Assembly (NCBI GenBank): GCA_002269645.1
Contig: NIVC01003017.1
Span: forward strand, 1-62,707
Length of the DNA: 62,707 nt
Direction of reading: 5' to 3'
From: Macrostomum lignano
Lineage: Eukaryota
Position numbers and translations under genes: made by a program. Below, one piece after another: positions 35,498 through 48,047 of this stretch (the first letter of the stretch is position 1; every line of letters starts with the position of its first letter). Under the pieces are notes generated by a model. The model was not told where the DNA came from. It made no database searches and saw nothing but the letters and a program-made list of their open reading frames with translations.

Positions 35498-38400
35498 CAG
35501 GCAAGCCTCTTTGTTCGCTTCGCTCACCAGGAAGCGACACTCACATGGCCCCTCCCCACCTCCTCTACAAGTTTAGTCTCGTTTTGGGAACTTGGGAAGC
35601 AAAAAATTTTTGTCCTTCGTTTACTGTACACTGAATTACTCATATATTTTCTATGCTATGCCTATATCTTCTCGTGCAGGATATCATTTAGGCAGCAAAA
35701 AACAACTGATATCAACTCACTCTCTGAGCAATTCTCTGATTTTCTAAACTCTAATTTTTTTATCGAACATTTATTTGCATAATACATCGATTGAGGATAC
35801 AAGTGCTGTGTTCCAGCTTGTGTTACTAATTTGCCTCGGTATAAGAAGGACCCGACTGTTTCCATCCACAAGAATATTCTATTGAGAATCTGGATCTGCT
35901 GAACAAGTGGATCGCTACAATTCCTCTACAATGGACTGAGGCCGAGCTGTGTAAGCTGCGGTCCGACTTAAGTCACAACTATCGGGTTTGCTCTCTGCAT
36001 TTTCCAGGTAAGTTTTTTGTGACTGTCTCTGCGGATTCCAACCCAAATCACAAAAGGCCGGCATCTGACGATCCATCGACTGCTACTTCTAAGCTGAAAA
36101 ACCGGCGTCTGACAGATGATGCTGTGCCGTGCATCTTCCCGAATGTTGCACCCTACTTGAGCAAGGCCGTCCAGGAAGAGAGGCAAACGGTTTGTACATC
36201 GGCTGAGAGCCGTCGAGAGAACGACATTCAGCGTTGCGAGGTAGATCTCTGAAGGTGATCACCTCAGAGATCACCTTGAATCTTTTCAAGGTGATCTCTG
36301 AATCGAGGTTAACCTTTTTTACAACTAGAATGTCCGGTGCCGGCAACTTGGAGATCGCCACATCGCTGAATGTTGGCCAAGAGCTGCTGTTTGAGGTCAC
36401 AGTTGGTGGTGATAAGCAAGCCTTTTTTGCTGGAGATCTGGTAGCTGATGGCAGTCTTAAACCTTTGCCCAACTTGAAAACATCCTAGCTAGGCTAAAAA
36501 ATGTCCGTTTGGAAGATTGCCGGCATGGTTATGAGGAGCACCTCTTACTAGCTCAGGAGGCAGTCACGAAAGCTGTCACCGACTTGTCAGCTAAGATTGA
36601 AGTCAAGAGTGATCAAGAGCTGGATACATCCATTGAGGAGGCTGCTTTTGCTAAACTGAATTTTCTTGTCGAGCAGCTAAGCTTTTCGAGTTTGAAGAAG
36701 GGGAAGCTCCAGCGAGCTACTTGCTTTTTCATACTTGTTGCAGCGCCACAGCCCATCAGCGTACAATTTCACTCGGAAATCCAACATAGTCAGCCTCCCA
36801 AGTGTTAGGCATCTGCAGAGGCTTTCTTCCGGATTGAGCAATGACCCTGACATCAAGGCTACCGAAGATTATCTTAAGCTAAAAGTTTACAGCCTGCCTG
36901 AGTCTGAGAGGGTAGTGCTTCTTGCAATCGACGAAATTTATTCGTCGAAGCGAATGGAATTCAGTGGAGGCAAGATATTTGGCACTGACTCAGAAACCGA
37001 TGAGCTCGCCAAAACTGTGTGCGCTTTTTTGATCAAGTCGCTGCATGGAGACTTCCAGGAAGCAATTTCTCTTATTCCAAAAAGTAGGCTTAGTGCTCTG
37101 GACTTGCAAAATCACCTCTCTGACTGCCTTGCTCTGCTTGATCGGGTTCACCTGAATCCAGTGGTGTGCATTGTTGACAACAATGCAGTGAATAGGAGCC
37201 TCTTTCAAGGTCTTCTATGCAAAGGCAAGCTGCAATCATCAAGTCCAAATCCGGTGTCTGGCGAGCCGCTGTTCCTTCTCTTCGACCCTGTACACAACTT
37301 TAAGAACATCTTGAACAATTGGATTTCGAGCCAGGTGTTCCGATTTCCGGACTTCACCGATCCCCAAAAAATCCAAACAGCAGATTTTCGCGATTTGCAC
37401 AAACTTCATGAGCAAGAACTTGGGCAACCAGCTCGGATCGCCTTTCAACTGAACACAATGTCCTTGAATCCAACGAACCTGGAGAAGACTAATGTTCAGC
37501 ACGCAGCCAGCATCTTCAGCGAGTCTACTGTAGAAGCAGCAAAGTTCTACAATTTTTCCTCTGGCTTGGTAGCTTTCCTAGCGCTCATTCTTAACATGTG
37601 GACGATCTGGAATGTCAAGACCACTAGGAAAGCGAAGGAAAAGCGGCTTCCCGACGCCGCTCCGCTGGTGCCAAACGATCACCGCCTCGACAAGCTGCGC
37701 CAGTTTGCCGATTTCTTCCAACGTTGGGAGGATTCGAAGTTGCCCGGCTTGACTGCTCCCACTTTCCTTGCCGTTAAGTCCTGCTGTCTCACTCTTGCTG
37801 ATCTTTCCGAGCACCTTTTCTCTAGGTATTTATTTCCCTCTGTTTTGACAGGTAGGATAGTCAGTGACTGGATCGAGTGGCGCTTTGGTCGCTACCGCCA
37901 GTTTCACGGAGGCAACTATTTTGTTTCTGTCCGGCAGATCCTTCAAGCCGAGAAGAAAATTCGCGTTTCCAGCCTGCTTCAGTTTCATGGCCTTGGACTG
38001 AAAGATTTAAAAATTCTTGACCAGGCGAGTTCGTCCGAGTTGTTTAATCCACTCTTATCCGTGAAGCTTCCAGGTCTCCAGCATCTTGACGCCGCTCTTA
38101 CATCTAGTGACCGAAACATTGTTCCTATCTTGGTGGCTACGTGTCTAAAGCTCTATGCGGCCAGCTGAAGTGCACTGACTGCAAGAATCTTCTACTTACT
38201 AACGATTACTTGGAGTTTATTGCGGAAGAGGACTGTGCTGACGGCTTTGCCCTGATTCAAATGCGTGACCGAGGCGGTCTTAAGTGCCCCAGCACTTTGC
38301 GGATCTTAATTCCTGCAGTCCGGATTTATCTAAAGAATTTTGTCAATGAGACAAACGATGAGAAGGCGAAGAACTGCAGAAGGTGACGAATCGTAAGGCG

Positions 38401-38730
38401 TCCAAGCTTTCCAGCAAGAGTTCGAGTTAGCTGTTTAATATGCGTTTTAATGAGGGAAGCTCAGATTTTAAGCCGAGATTAATTTTTTGTGCATAATATT
38501 TAATGATGATTTTAATATTTTTCAGTTTCATTTATTTGTTGTATAATTTGTAATTGCAGCCTTTTATTTTCCAAATAAACACGTATCAATTTATACACTT
38601 TTTTCATACTGAGCGCACTGAAATAAGTGGGCTCTCAGGTAGTCTGGGGAAGAAAAACGAGACCCAACTTGTATAGGCACGATTTCAGTGTCGCTTCCTG
38701 GTGAGCGAAGCGAACAAAGAGGCTTCCCTG
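35498..38730 (+). mobile_element. P-superfamily (THAP9-like) DNA transposon, 3233 bp, 44-bp TIRs, 7-bp TSD GCGCTCC
   Basis: TIRs 35498-35541 and 38687-38730 (CAGG[C/G]AAGCCTCTTTGTTCGCTTCGCTCACCAGGAAGCGACACT, 1 mismatch). GCGCTCC occurs at 35491-35497 and 38731-38737. Confidence 0.93.
35795..38386 (+). pseudogene. THAP-domain P-element-like transposase, frameshifted
   Basis: THAP: YKCCVPAC..W..RVCSLHF..AVPCIF. Catalytic region: LAIDEIY, VDNNAVN, FDPVHNFKN and SDWIEWRFGRYRQ..GGNY. Several frame breaks and no obvious ATG. Confidence 0.85.
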
Positions 38731-40049
38731 GCGCTCCTTATTGCTGTTGAATGCACCGACTAACGGCTTGTGGTCGCTAAACACGGTCGTGGGGTGGTCG
38801 TGAATGATGTTTCGCCATGTCTTGACGGCGGCAAACACGCCTAGAAGTTCACGGTCGAACGCGCTGTTTGCCGTTTCCGCTTTGGTGAGTTTCCGTGAAT
38901 AGAACGCAATGGGGACCGAATCGCCGTCTATATTTTGGTGCAAACTGGCGCACAATGCGAACGAGCTGGCGTCCGACGTGATGGTAAATGAACCAGTTGG
39001 GGTCGGAAAGGCGAAAGTTACCGCTGCCGCTAGGCTATCCTTGTCCTTGTCCTTGTATGGCCATTCGACCTCCTAGGAGGCATGCCATTCATTGGCTTTG
39101 AGTCGGTTCCGCGGTGCAGACTTTCCAGTGTCTTGCTATATTTGCCTTCGAGATGCTCTTGCTGCAGCCTGGGCAAGCAATCTTCCGCTAGGCTATCCTG
39201 GAGCTCTCGGAAGGCGGCGTCATGTTCTGCTTGCCAATGATAATCGATTTCGGTGAGCGATCGCAGCGGTTGCACAATGCTTGCGTATTTCGGAATATGG
39301 CTCTGGTAGAAACCGAACATGCTGAGAACGCGCTGAAGGCTCTTGAAGTCTGCTGGAGGTGAAAGCTGTCACAGCGCTTCCACGCGGGATGGTAGTGGCT
39401 GGACTCCGTCTTTGGAGACTAAATGACCGAGAAATTCGATGCTACTCTGAAAGAACTGGTATTTTGCGGGTTGAACTTGGAGCCCCTCTTTGTGTAGGCG
39501 TTGCAGCACGATCTGAATGTCGTTGTGATGGTCTGCCTCTGACTTGCTGTGAATCAGTATATCGTCAACGCATGTGATGACACAGGTCAGGTCTCGAAAC
39601 AGCGAATCGATGAAGCGTTGAAATGTGCTGCCGGCGTTGCACAACCCGAATGGCATCCGGACGTATTCAAAAGAGCCGAATGGCGTGCAGGTTGCTGTTT
39701 TGGAAATATCCTCCTCGGCAACTGGTATGAAATGGTAGGCCTTGACCAAGTCCAATCTGCTAAACACGCTGCTGCCACGAAGTTGGTGGTGAAAATTCTG
39801 GATATGCGGAAGTGGGTACCTATCGGGCACCGTCATGCTGTTCAATGGAAACAAACATTTTGATGTCTTGCAACGATATGGTATGGCCAATGTGTTACTC
39901 AACTTTTTTGATTAAAAAGTATAAAATTCTCATCTCGCTAAAGCATTTTTCGTCGAAAATCGGCCTTCAACTATTTTTCCACGAATCGTGAGTTTTACGT
40001 CCTCTTATATGCTAGTGGTCCTTGGTTCTGAGGACTGGACTTCTGTGCT

Positions 40050-40570
40050 GGATTATTTAATGAACAATCCGTCTGCAAGTGTGCGTGAAATGGCAAGTGC
40101 TTGTGGCATCCACAACTCATCTGTGTGTCGCACTCCGCAACACGAGGAGTACTCAAAGATTGTGCAATGAGCTCGGCGACAGTAAGTTAAAGGAATTTGA
40201 CGCCACTGCCAATGTTTAACCTTTCATCAAGCAGCAGTCCATGGATTGAGGTCCAAAGGGATGCCATCCACACCAAAAGGCAATGAAGTCGGCATGGACG
40301 CAGAATATCATGTGCACTGTTTGGTTTGATGGTGAACTACCTGCCACAAGATCAGACGATTAACGCTGATTACATCATTAGTCAGCTTCATCGCCTGTGC
40401 GATGCCGTTCTGAGCAAGCGGCGCATCATGCGCCAGAGGCCCTTCATCCTCTGGGACAATGCCCGTGCTCATGCTGCTGCTCGCACTGAAGCCAAAGTGG
40501 AAGAACTCGGTTTTCGGCTTCTCAACCATCCAGTGTACAGCCCACAGAGAGAGAGCGAAAAAGGGCACGA
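40050..40570 (+). pseudogene. Mariner-type (Tc1/mariner) transposase relic
   Basis: HTH-like PSASVREMASACGIHNSSV; IMCTVWFD; TINADY; LWDNARAH; LLNHPVYSP; truncated before the third Asp. Confidence 0.8.
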
Positions 40571-41207
40571 TTGCACAACATTACTGTAAGTAGCAGTTCA
40601 GTATTTTGGTTTCTTTTATGCCAAGACAGGGCACTTTTAAAATGACGTGCTGTGGTGTTTATTAAGATCACTGCCTCATTTCTCACAGAACTCAGCAAAT
40701 GTTGACATTAAAGAATTTGTGAAATCAAAAAAATTCAAGCGCTGGTGATTCAGACAGAAAGGTAAACGACACATTTAAGTAACTACTGTGTCAGATGTTC
40801 CGACTGTGTACACAACCAAGCACAACCTGTCGGATGTTTGATAAGTTTATCTTTTGTGGTTCACTTTATTGGCTGTTGACTCAAATCCAATACAAATTTA
40901 CACGTTCGAGTCAAAGTCAGCAAAACAGAGGTGATTGGTTGGCTGTTCGAAAGAAAAAGTATCGGTCCACATCGACGAATCACATTCAGAAAGATACTCT
41001 TTTCTGAATGCTGAAGTTTAGCTCCTCAAATACATGTAGCAGGGTGGCTTAGAAGTCATTCAAACTCACCTGCTTTTTCTGGAGCAAAACAGCATACCTT
41101 ATCAGAGCATGGTTTCTAAGAATTATTTTGAAATTTATTTTCTGCGTAAGTGATAGCTTCTTTTCATTTCTTTATTTAGTCTAATGTAAAATGCATTACA
41201 CTGTTTC

Positions 41208-41765
41208 CAGTGCTCACTCACTAGTGCTCAGTGTGAGTTCAGTCACGCTATGAAATGCATTCCAGTGCTCACTCACTAGTGCTCAGTGTGAGTTCAGTCA
41301 CGCTATGAAATGCATTCCAGTGCTCACTCACTAGTGCTCAGTGTGAGTTCAGTCACACTATGAAATGCATTCCAGTGCTCACTCACTAGTGCTCAGTGTG
41401 AGTTCAGTCACACAATGAAATGCATTCCAGTGCTCACTCACTAGTGCTCAGTGTGAGTTCAGTCACGCTATGAAATGCATTCCAGTGCTCACTCACTAGT
41501 GCTCAGTGTGAGTTCAGTCACGCTATGAAATGCATTCCAGTGCTCACTCACTAGTGCTCAGTGTGAGTTCAATCACACTATGAAATGCATTCCAGTGCTC
41601 ACTCACTAGTGCTCAGTGTGAATTCAGTCACGCTATGAAATGCATTCCAGTGCTCACTCACTAGTGCTCAGTGTGAGTTCAGTCACGCTATGAAATGCAT
41701 TCCAGTGCTCACTCACTAGTGCTCAGTGTGAGTTCAGTCACGCTATGAAATGCATTCCAGTGCTC
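41208..41765 (+). repeat. 55-bp tandem repeat, ~10 copies, whose last copy supplies the start codon of the downstream gene
   Basis: Unit CAGTGCTCACTCACTAGTGCTCAGTGTGAGTTCAGTCACGCTATGAAATGCATTC, with ATGs at 41250 + 55n up to 41745. Confidence 0.97.
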
Positions 41766-44012
41766 GTGCAGCTGCTCAGTCTGAGTCCTGTCTGGTCGCA
41801 AGCGGCCTGTCCCTCAGCACCGGTCAGTGTGCAGTACAAGCCAGCAGATGAGCTGCTGCTCAATGACACTCTGAGCCACTGCGTGTCGGTGTTGGGCGAG
41901 TCGGAGAGCCTGCAGAGCTGCCTCATGAAGTCCGGCCGCCGGAACGCATCTGGCGCGGTGCTGCAGGGCGGCGTCTGTTTTGCAGTGCAGCTGCGGCCGT
42001 CATCGGAGCCGAACGGGTGCGGCACTGTGTGGAACTTCACGGCTGGAGCGGGGCACCGGGTGTTCCTGGCCTCCGACTTCCTCAAGCGGCTGCCAGCCAG
42101 CGTTCGCAGCTTCAGTCGCTCAATTGCAGGTGAGTCATTTCGCTGAGCACTCACGGTTGAGGAGGGTGAAAGTTGCTGCGATTGTCCAAGTGTACTAAAA
42201 AGTGAAAAAAACGCTAACTGTTTCTATTCTCAATTACCCCAGCTAATGCTAGCACCAATTTTACAGCTGGGTGAATTAAAGCAATGCAGAGTCATGTGAC
42301 TTGCTCAAGGACACAAATTGCTCCCAGTGGGTCGAGAATCGAACCCACGACCCTTCGGTCTTTGAGTCCAATGCTCCAACCTCTAGGCCACAACCCCCTT
42401 AAGCATAAACTCTAGTGTGCATAGGTTCATGTTTAGCTCACATGCAGTGTTCAGAATATTCAAAGGCCGCATTCAACCTCTGCAGCCGGTTCCGTCAGCA
42501 GCTTCTCCGTCCCGCTGACCGGCTGCTACGCCATCGCTGCTCAGAGCGGCTCAGGCGGCTCAGTCCCGTCCCCGCCGTCGGAGTTCTCGCCGTCAGTCGG
42601 TGGCAGCGGCGTTCAGCTGTCCGGCAAGTTCCAGCTGGCGGCCAAAGCGGCTTTGAGCGTCGCCGTCGGCGGATCGGGCGGCAACGGTCGGGACTTCAGC
42701 GGCGCCGGCGGCGGCGGGGGCTCCTTCGTGTACTCGAGCGGCGGCGGCACGCTGTACCTGGCAGCCGGTGGCGGCGGCGGCGCCACTGCGGGAGTCGACG
42801 GTGAGCGATCGTTGAAATATTTCTTTTGCAGTTCCATGTGGTTCCTCTCTACCGATTGTGAATATAAAGAGACTCCTATACTAAATAATTACGCCACCAT
42901 CGATTGAGCAACCAAATCACTCCGTGTTCAAATGCGACGAAAAAATTAACAAACCAAGTAATCTCTAAACTTTCACTTCTTTTAGTGAGAGCGAGCCACC
43001 TCGATTTTCAATTCCCAAGCTGTGTTTGGTGTGCCCCGTGATGCTGCTGTACAATCTTGACAAAGGATATAAGCCACATACAAGTAAATCATTAACGGGG
43101 ACAGTCCAAGGTCAACGAGTAATGCATGTAAGCTTAGCGGTCGGTAATCCCATCCGACTCTCGCGTCTCAGGACCCTGCATTCGATTCCGCCTGCGAAAC
43201 ATTAATTTCTGGTTTCTGCGCGATAATTAGCGATTTGCACTCACAAGGGCCAATGTAGTGCACGCGCTAAGGCTGCAACTAAATGCTTTCTGTCCCTAGT
43301 TTCCCGACGCTCTTCGCAAAATCGCTTGAGTCTTTGAGTTTTGTGTTCAATTCACAACGATTTTCCTAAATATTTATTTTGAAGAAAAGCGAACAGTAAT
43401 CATGAACGTGGCCAAATTTTATTTGACGTTCTAGTTACAGCATACATTAATAGCATTACTTTTACTGGTTGGAAACCATTCTCTGTAGGATCGTCTGGCC
43501 AGCCGAGTAGCCAAAGCGGCACCAACGCAATGAAGCACTCAGACGCCAGTAGCGGAGGCGGCAGCGGAGGCACGGGCGGAAATGGCGGCACTCATGACGC
43601 TGGTTCGAAAAGCTACAACGGCGGCTGCGGCGCTGGATGGCTTGGCAAGTCGGTCAGCGCATCTGGCAGCGGCAGTGACGGACGTCACGGCGGCGGCCTG
43701 TCGGAGGGCTGGATCGGCGGAGCCGGTGGAAGCAGCGCTGGTGGTCGGGACGGAGGCGCCGGCGGCTTTGGCGGCGGAGGAGGTGGCGGCGGTTCTGGAA
43801 GTATATTGCTCACATTGCTGTTGTCCACTGGCGGAGCCTCAGGCGGCGGCGGCGGCTACAGCGGAGGCGGCGCCGGTCTGTCAAAGCTGTGGGCCGGCGG
43901 CGGCGGCGGGAGTTTCTGCGGCGGAGTCGGCTGCGTTGCCTCGGCGTCTGTGAACAGCACGGACGGCTGGGCCTCCGTGACCCTCGTCAGCGTCGAGGGC
44001 TGCGGGCATTAG
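41745..44012 (+). CDS. Secreted protein with signal peptide, degenerate Cys-containing (PAN/apple-like) N-domain and ALK/LTK-type glycine-rich domain; 3 exons, ~407 aa
   Basis: Exons 41745-42129, 42486-42800 and 43489-44012 join in frame with GT-AG introns. Motifs FSVPLTGCYAIAAQSGSGG, GGSGVQLSGKFQL, VAVGGSGG, GGGGGSFVY, GGCGAGW, GGFGGGG and GGGYSGG match the ALK/LTK GRD pattern. No TM or kinase is seen before the stop. Confidence 0.75.
42233..42398 (-). mobile_element. tRNA-derived SINE (intron 1 of the glycine-rich gene)
   Basis: The reverse complement has A box TGGCCTAGAGG and B box GGTTCGATTC, then a CORE-like tgtgtccttgagcaagt...cccagctgtaaaat. Homologous to the copies at 50.4 kb and 53.6 kb. 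Confidence 0.75.
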
Positions 44013-46689
44013 ATGAGTGATAAGCTTGGTTCGCACAAGCTGCATTATTCTTGGAACTCATAATTTCAAATTTTAATCTCGTTTTTGTTTAGTCTTTTGA
44101 CTCTGTAGTTGATGAGTAACATTTATTTCGAGTATTTGTATTAGTTACCGGCTACAGTGAAACAGCCCTAGAGGACATTCTGTTTCTCAAACTTAGCAGA
44201 TCTTGTCTCTGTGCCATTCTTAGCAGATCTTCTCAATCCGCTCGCGGTTCTTGCAGAATTTTCTAAGATGGGAGGTACATTTGTTTTGTTATTCATTTGG
44301 CTAAAGTGTTCCAGCTGAACTATATTTTATTTTATGACAAAATGGGACAATAAATTTCAGAAAAATGCGATTCGAAGCTTTAAAAAATATAAAAGCTAAG
44401 ATCTTGTACGATGTAGCAAGTCGCCCAGATCTGTTAAGTTTACCTAAGTAACTCGTATTATTATAGCAAAGATCTTGCACTTTCTTGCAAGTACTTGCGC
44501 AGCAACCCAAGAAGATAGATAAGATCTGCTAAGAATCAACAAGTCAATGTCTTCTAGGGAGGTACATGTACCTTGTTTGAAATCCAAACAAAGATATCTG
44601 CACCACTTTCTGAACAAATGAATTTGTATGTAGGCCTATTTTTATTGATGCTAATGTAGAAAAATGCTTTTATCAAGAACCAAGAACCAAAATGGGGGTA
44701 ATTGGTTAAATTATAGAATAACGAGTTATTAAAAATGGATAAAATCCTAAAATTTTTAACAATTGAATATAATTACCCCCGGTTTACTCGTATATATTAA
44801 ATCCATTTTCACTTAAATTTGTGTGTAAAAACTCTAAATTTTCTTATATTGTTGTATTTTTAGCAGTCCATTGTTATATACTATTCTTTTTTCATTTTAT
44901 ATATGTTGTGATTACTTACATGTCGCAATTTAATAAAGAACCATTAATGTTGTACATGTACGTACGAAGGTTGCAGGCCGCGTAGAAATTTAGCCCAATA
45001 GACTGAGATGATTGATTGAATTGATTGAGATATTATGATTACTGTGCACTGATTAATTCAAATGAGAATATTAAAACTTCTTGTTAATTATTAATTATTA
45101 ATGAAATACTACTAATTTTAATTTGTTTTCTATTTTCTGTGCACATATTTCCATAACATACGTGAAAAAATACAAAACGCGAATGTTACGCCGCAACGCA
45201 ACGGTTATCACAGGTACGGTCTACGCTTGTACAATTATTTTTTGTTATTTTTTATTTTTTGCTTGTTTTTTTTAAATTTATAACATGCATCGGAAAGTCT
45301 GTTTTGAAAGTTTTAAAATTTAGTTAATCTATCCAAAAATACACATGTATTTTATTGCCTTTTTAAGCCAAGTAGGTTTTGTTACACTTTTGCAAGTGGT
45401 TCAATGCCTTATAAGATTGAATTTGTAAACGTAGCTGTAAAAATATTAGCGGCGTTGTAGGCCGTTTCTTATAGCTATATTGATCTCCCTAGCTAACACC
45501 GACTCGATCGCGCTTTTTATGGCTTTAGAAATGACCTTCGCTTTAGCAGACGGATCGCATTAGCGTTGTATAAAAAAGGTAACGGGCACCTAGGAAAGGA
45601 ACGCATTTGCGTTTTACACACACTGAGAGGCATAATTTTAGGCTTATTAATTAATTCTCAGCATTCATGCAGCGGTGTCGCATTGCAGGATCAACTCGAC
45701 TCTGCATGTGATACTGCATGCAGGGGATGGAAAATTTAGCCTTTGCTTTTAACACAATTGTTGCATAGCTAGGGAAGAAAGTTTTTCCTCCGGAAATTTG
45801 CTTCATCTGAATGCGATTGGAGTTTTACATGTAGCGCATATACTAAAAGCTTTGCCATTAGTCGTCAGCATTTAGCAACTCTCTCCTAATGCTGTTTTAT
45901 ACGAGAGCCTCTATTATGCAGAATTGTACGAGTACTATATAGCTAGCTATTAGTTTAACAGTAGAATTTCTTAATTTTCCCATTTGCTTAATAGCCACAT
46001 GTGATGTTACTTCAGTATGCCATAGCAGCCATGCTGATAGAGACATATATTAGTAAAAATATTCAATAATCACGGTCAAAATTTCTCCTTAAATACACTG
46101 CAATCGGTTGTTGTCTTAGTCTAGATCGTATACTGAGAATCATTAGTTGGGTACGGCTGGAAAACAACAAGTTTACAGAAACAGATAAATTGTGACTAGG
46201 TAGCTGTGTAGGTTTTACTATAGCTTCGTGACTCCGCCTTCTCGATCTTTTACGAATGTCATCCTCGTATTGTCGTTATACGTCGAATTGCTGTAGGGAA
46301 ACGCCGCCCGCCCAACTCTCACCAGTTCTTACCCGCTACGCCGCTATTCCCTTCAATTCCGCTCGCCAATACTTCCGCATCAACCGACGCTCCCCACATC
46401 CACACCGGCACCATTATTTGCCTTCTATACGATGTTGCACATCTATACGAGTCTCGCAACCGCGCCGTAACAAAATAACCGCCACGACGTCGTCAGCTCC
46501 AGGCCCATCATTTCGATGGCCACTGCAGCGCTTGAAAGGCTTACTTATAAGCGCCAGGTAAACCCGACGGTCGCTGATGCTGGGACGTCGACGATTGCTG
46601 GTTGTACAAGTGGCCCGACCCTCTACACCTAATGTTACAGCTGACTGAATGACTGTCTGACTGTCTGACTGTAAATGTTGGTCACCTTT

Positions 46690-48047
46690 GCAGGCTGCAG
46701 AGAAGGCAGCGGAACGCACTCGGGCGGAAGGCCATGAGGAGACTGGCGCCGCCGCGTCACCAACTGCGTCACCATTGCTCCTCTGACCCTCCGGTCAGAC
46801 CTGCCCTGCGACTTTCGGCTCCGAGCGACCAGCTCTACCGACCACCAAAGCAGCAGCCACGGCGCTATTATCGCGCTCTGTCGGACACCCGCGTGAAGCG
46901 TCAATTCGCGGGTGTCTTCGTTGGCGCACTTGGAGCCCAGCGCGAGGCGGAGTATTCCGACATCAGCAGCGCCGTTAGAGCCGCTGCGGAGCAGACGGTC
47001 CTGCTGATGAGGCCGGCGCAGAAATCGCTGCCTGTCTGGCAGAGCGACCCGACCATCAGACAGGCGCACTCAACGTCGAGCGACTGCGCATAAACCGGCG
47101 GCCGGTTTGAACGTCTTTTAGACGAGCGGCAGCAAGCCACCGTCGACGACGCCCTCCAGTCCATCACTGCAGCTGGCCCCGAATCGAAGAGCCATGCAGT
47201 GTGTTGAGAGCCGCGCTTCCCTTCGTCCTTCGAGTCTACCGAATTCCGCAGCAGCTAATCGACGCTGTCATGTCGCTGTATTGCTATACTCAAGCTGCTG
47301 TGGTGACGGCGGACAGCCTGCCTGACCTGTTTGACACTTCATCAAGAATTCTGCAAAGCGTCACGCTAGCGCCGCTCCTCTTTGCGCTGCTTGGACTGAG
47401 CGCTTTGAATCGCACTCCCCTCGGCCGACAACGGCTTCCTGCTGAGCAGAAGCATCGATCGCCGCTCAGATAACCGCCTGAGCGTGCTTGGCTACGCCGA
47501 CGACCTCGCCCTCCTGTCCTCGTCCGCTGAAGGCGCCCAGCGCCAGATCAACAGACTGGTCGAAGTGGCATCGAGCGTCGGTCTGGTTGTCAACACGTTG
47601 AAGACCGAGGTGCTGACTGTGCCGGCCGAAATCCCAGCGGACCTAACGTGCCGCGGCGCAGACGGGCAGACGACCAAGCTCGCATGCTTCCAGCGGCTCA
47701 CCTACCTCGGCGGTCTGGTGCCTCACGTGGAGAGGAGGACCTCCGGTGGCGCAGAGGACTTGCCTGGGCGGCCTTTCGTTCGATCCGGGCCGTCGTCCAA
47801 TTCGAAGCGCTGCCTGACCGCCAGAGGGCTCGGCTGTGGCAGGCGGTGGTCGAAACCGTCCTGCTCTACGACGCCGAGATGTGGACGCTGACGGCGTGGA
47901 CTGCCTGCTGTGCGACGCTGGAGCGCCCGACACTGCCAACGGAGCGGACTTCGTTCGCTCCTGCAGGCTCTGCGGCGCGCCATCTGACGCGCCCTGCCCT
48001 AACTGTGACTGCATGCGGGGTCGCGTATTTTGTTGTTGTTGTTGTTG
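46690..48047 (+). pseudogene. Internally deleted non-LTR retrotransposon (RTE-like) RT relic ending in (GTT)n
   Basis: LRVYRIP..LI.AV.SLY..T.A.V; ILQSVTLAPLLF; GYADDLALL; NTLKTEVL; TYLGG; AWAAF; frameshifts; TTGTTG tail at 48029-48047. Confidence 0.8.

Larger units (their letters stand above)
35236..39902 (-). pseudogene. Degenerate Ty3/Gypsy pol fragment (RT-RNase H), interrupted by the P/THAP element at 35498-38730
   Basis: [25 protein letters not shown] and CVDD (39902-39369); RNase H FSDHKPL; after removing the insertion, NKERLSDRQQRQLATISEY..HIPGAK.VVADTLSR. Confidence 0.9.

Noticed and set aside
41208-41765. CRISPR-like array (also considered for the 23-bp and 34-bp repeats)
   Set aside because: Units are contiguous with no unique spacers, the context is eukaryotic and there are no cas genes.
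41745-44012. ALK/LTK receptor kinase call
   Set aside because: Stop at 44012 with no TM or kinase exons visible; no gene symbol assigned.
44100-46200. Hidden genes in AT-rich spacers (also 48100-49700 and 53850-54900)
   Set aside because: No coherent exons or motifs were seen; these look like ordinary intergenic DNA.
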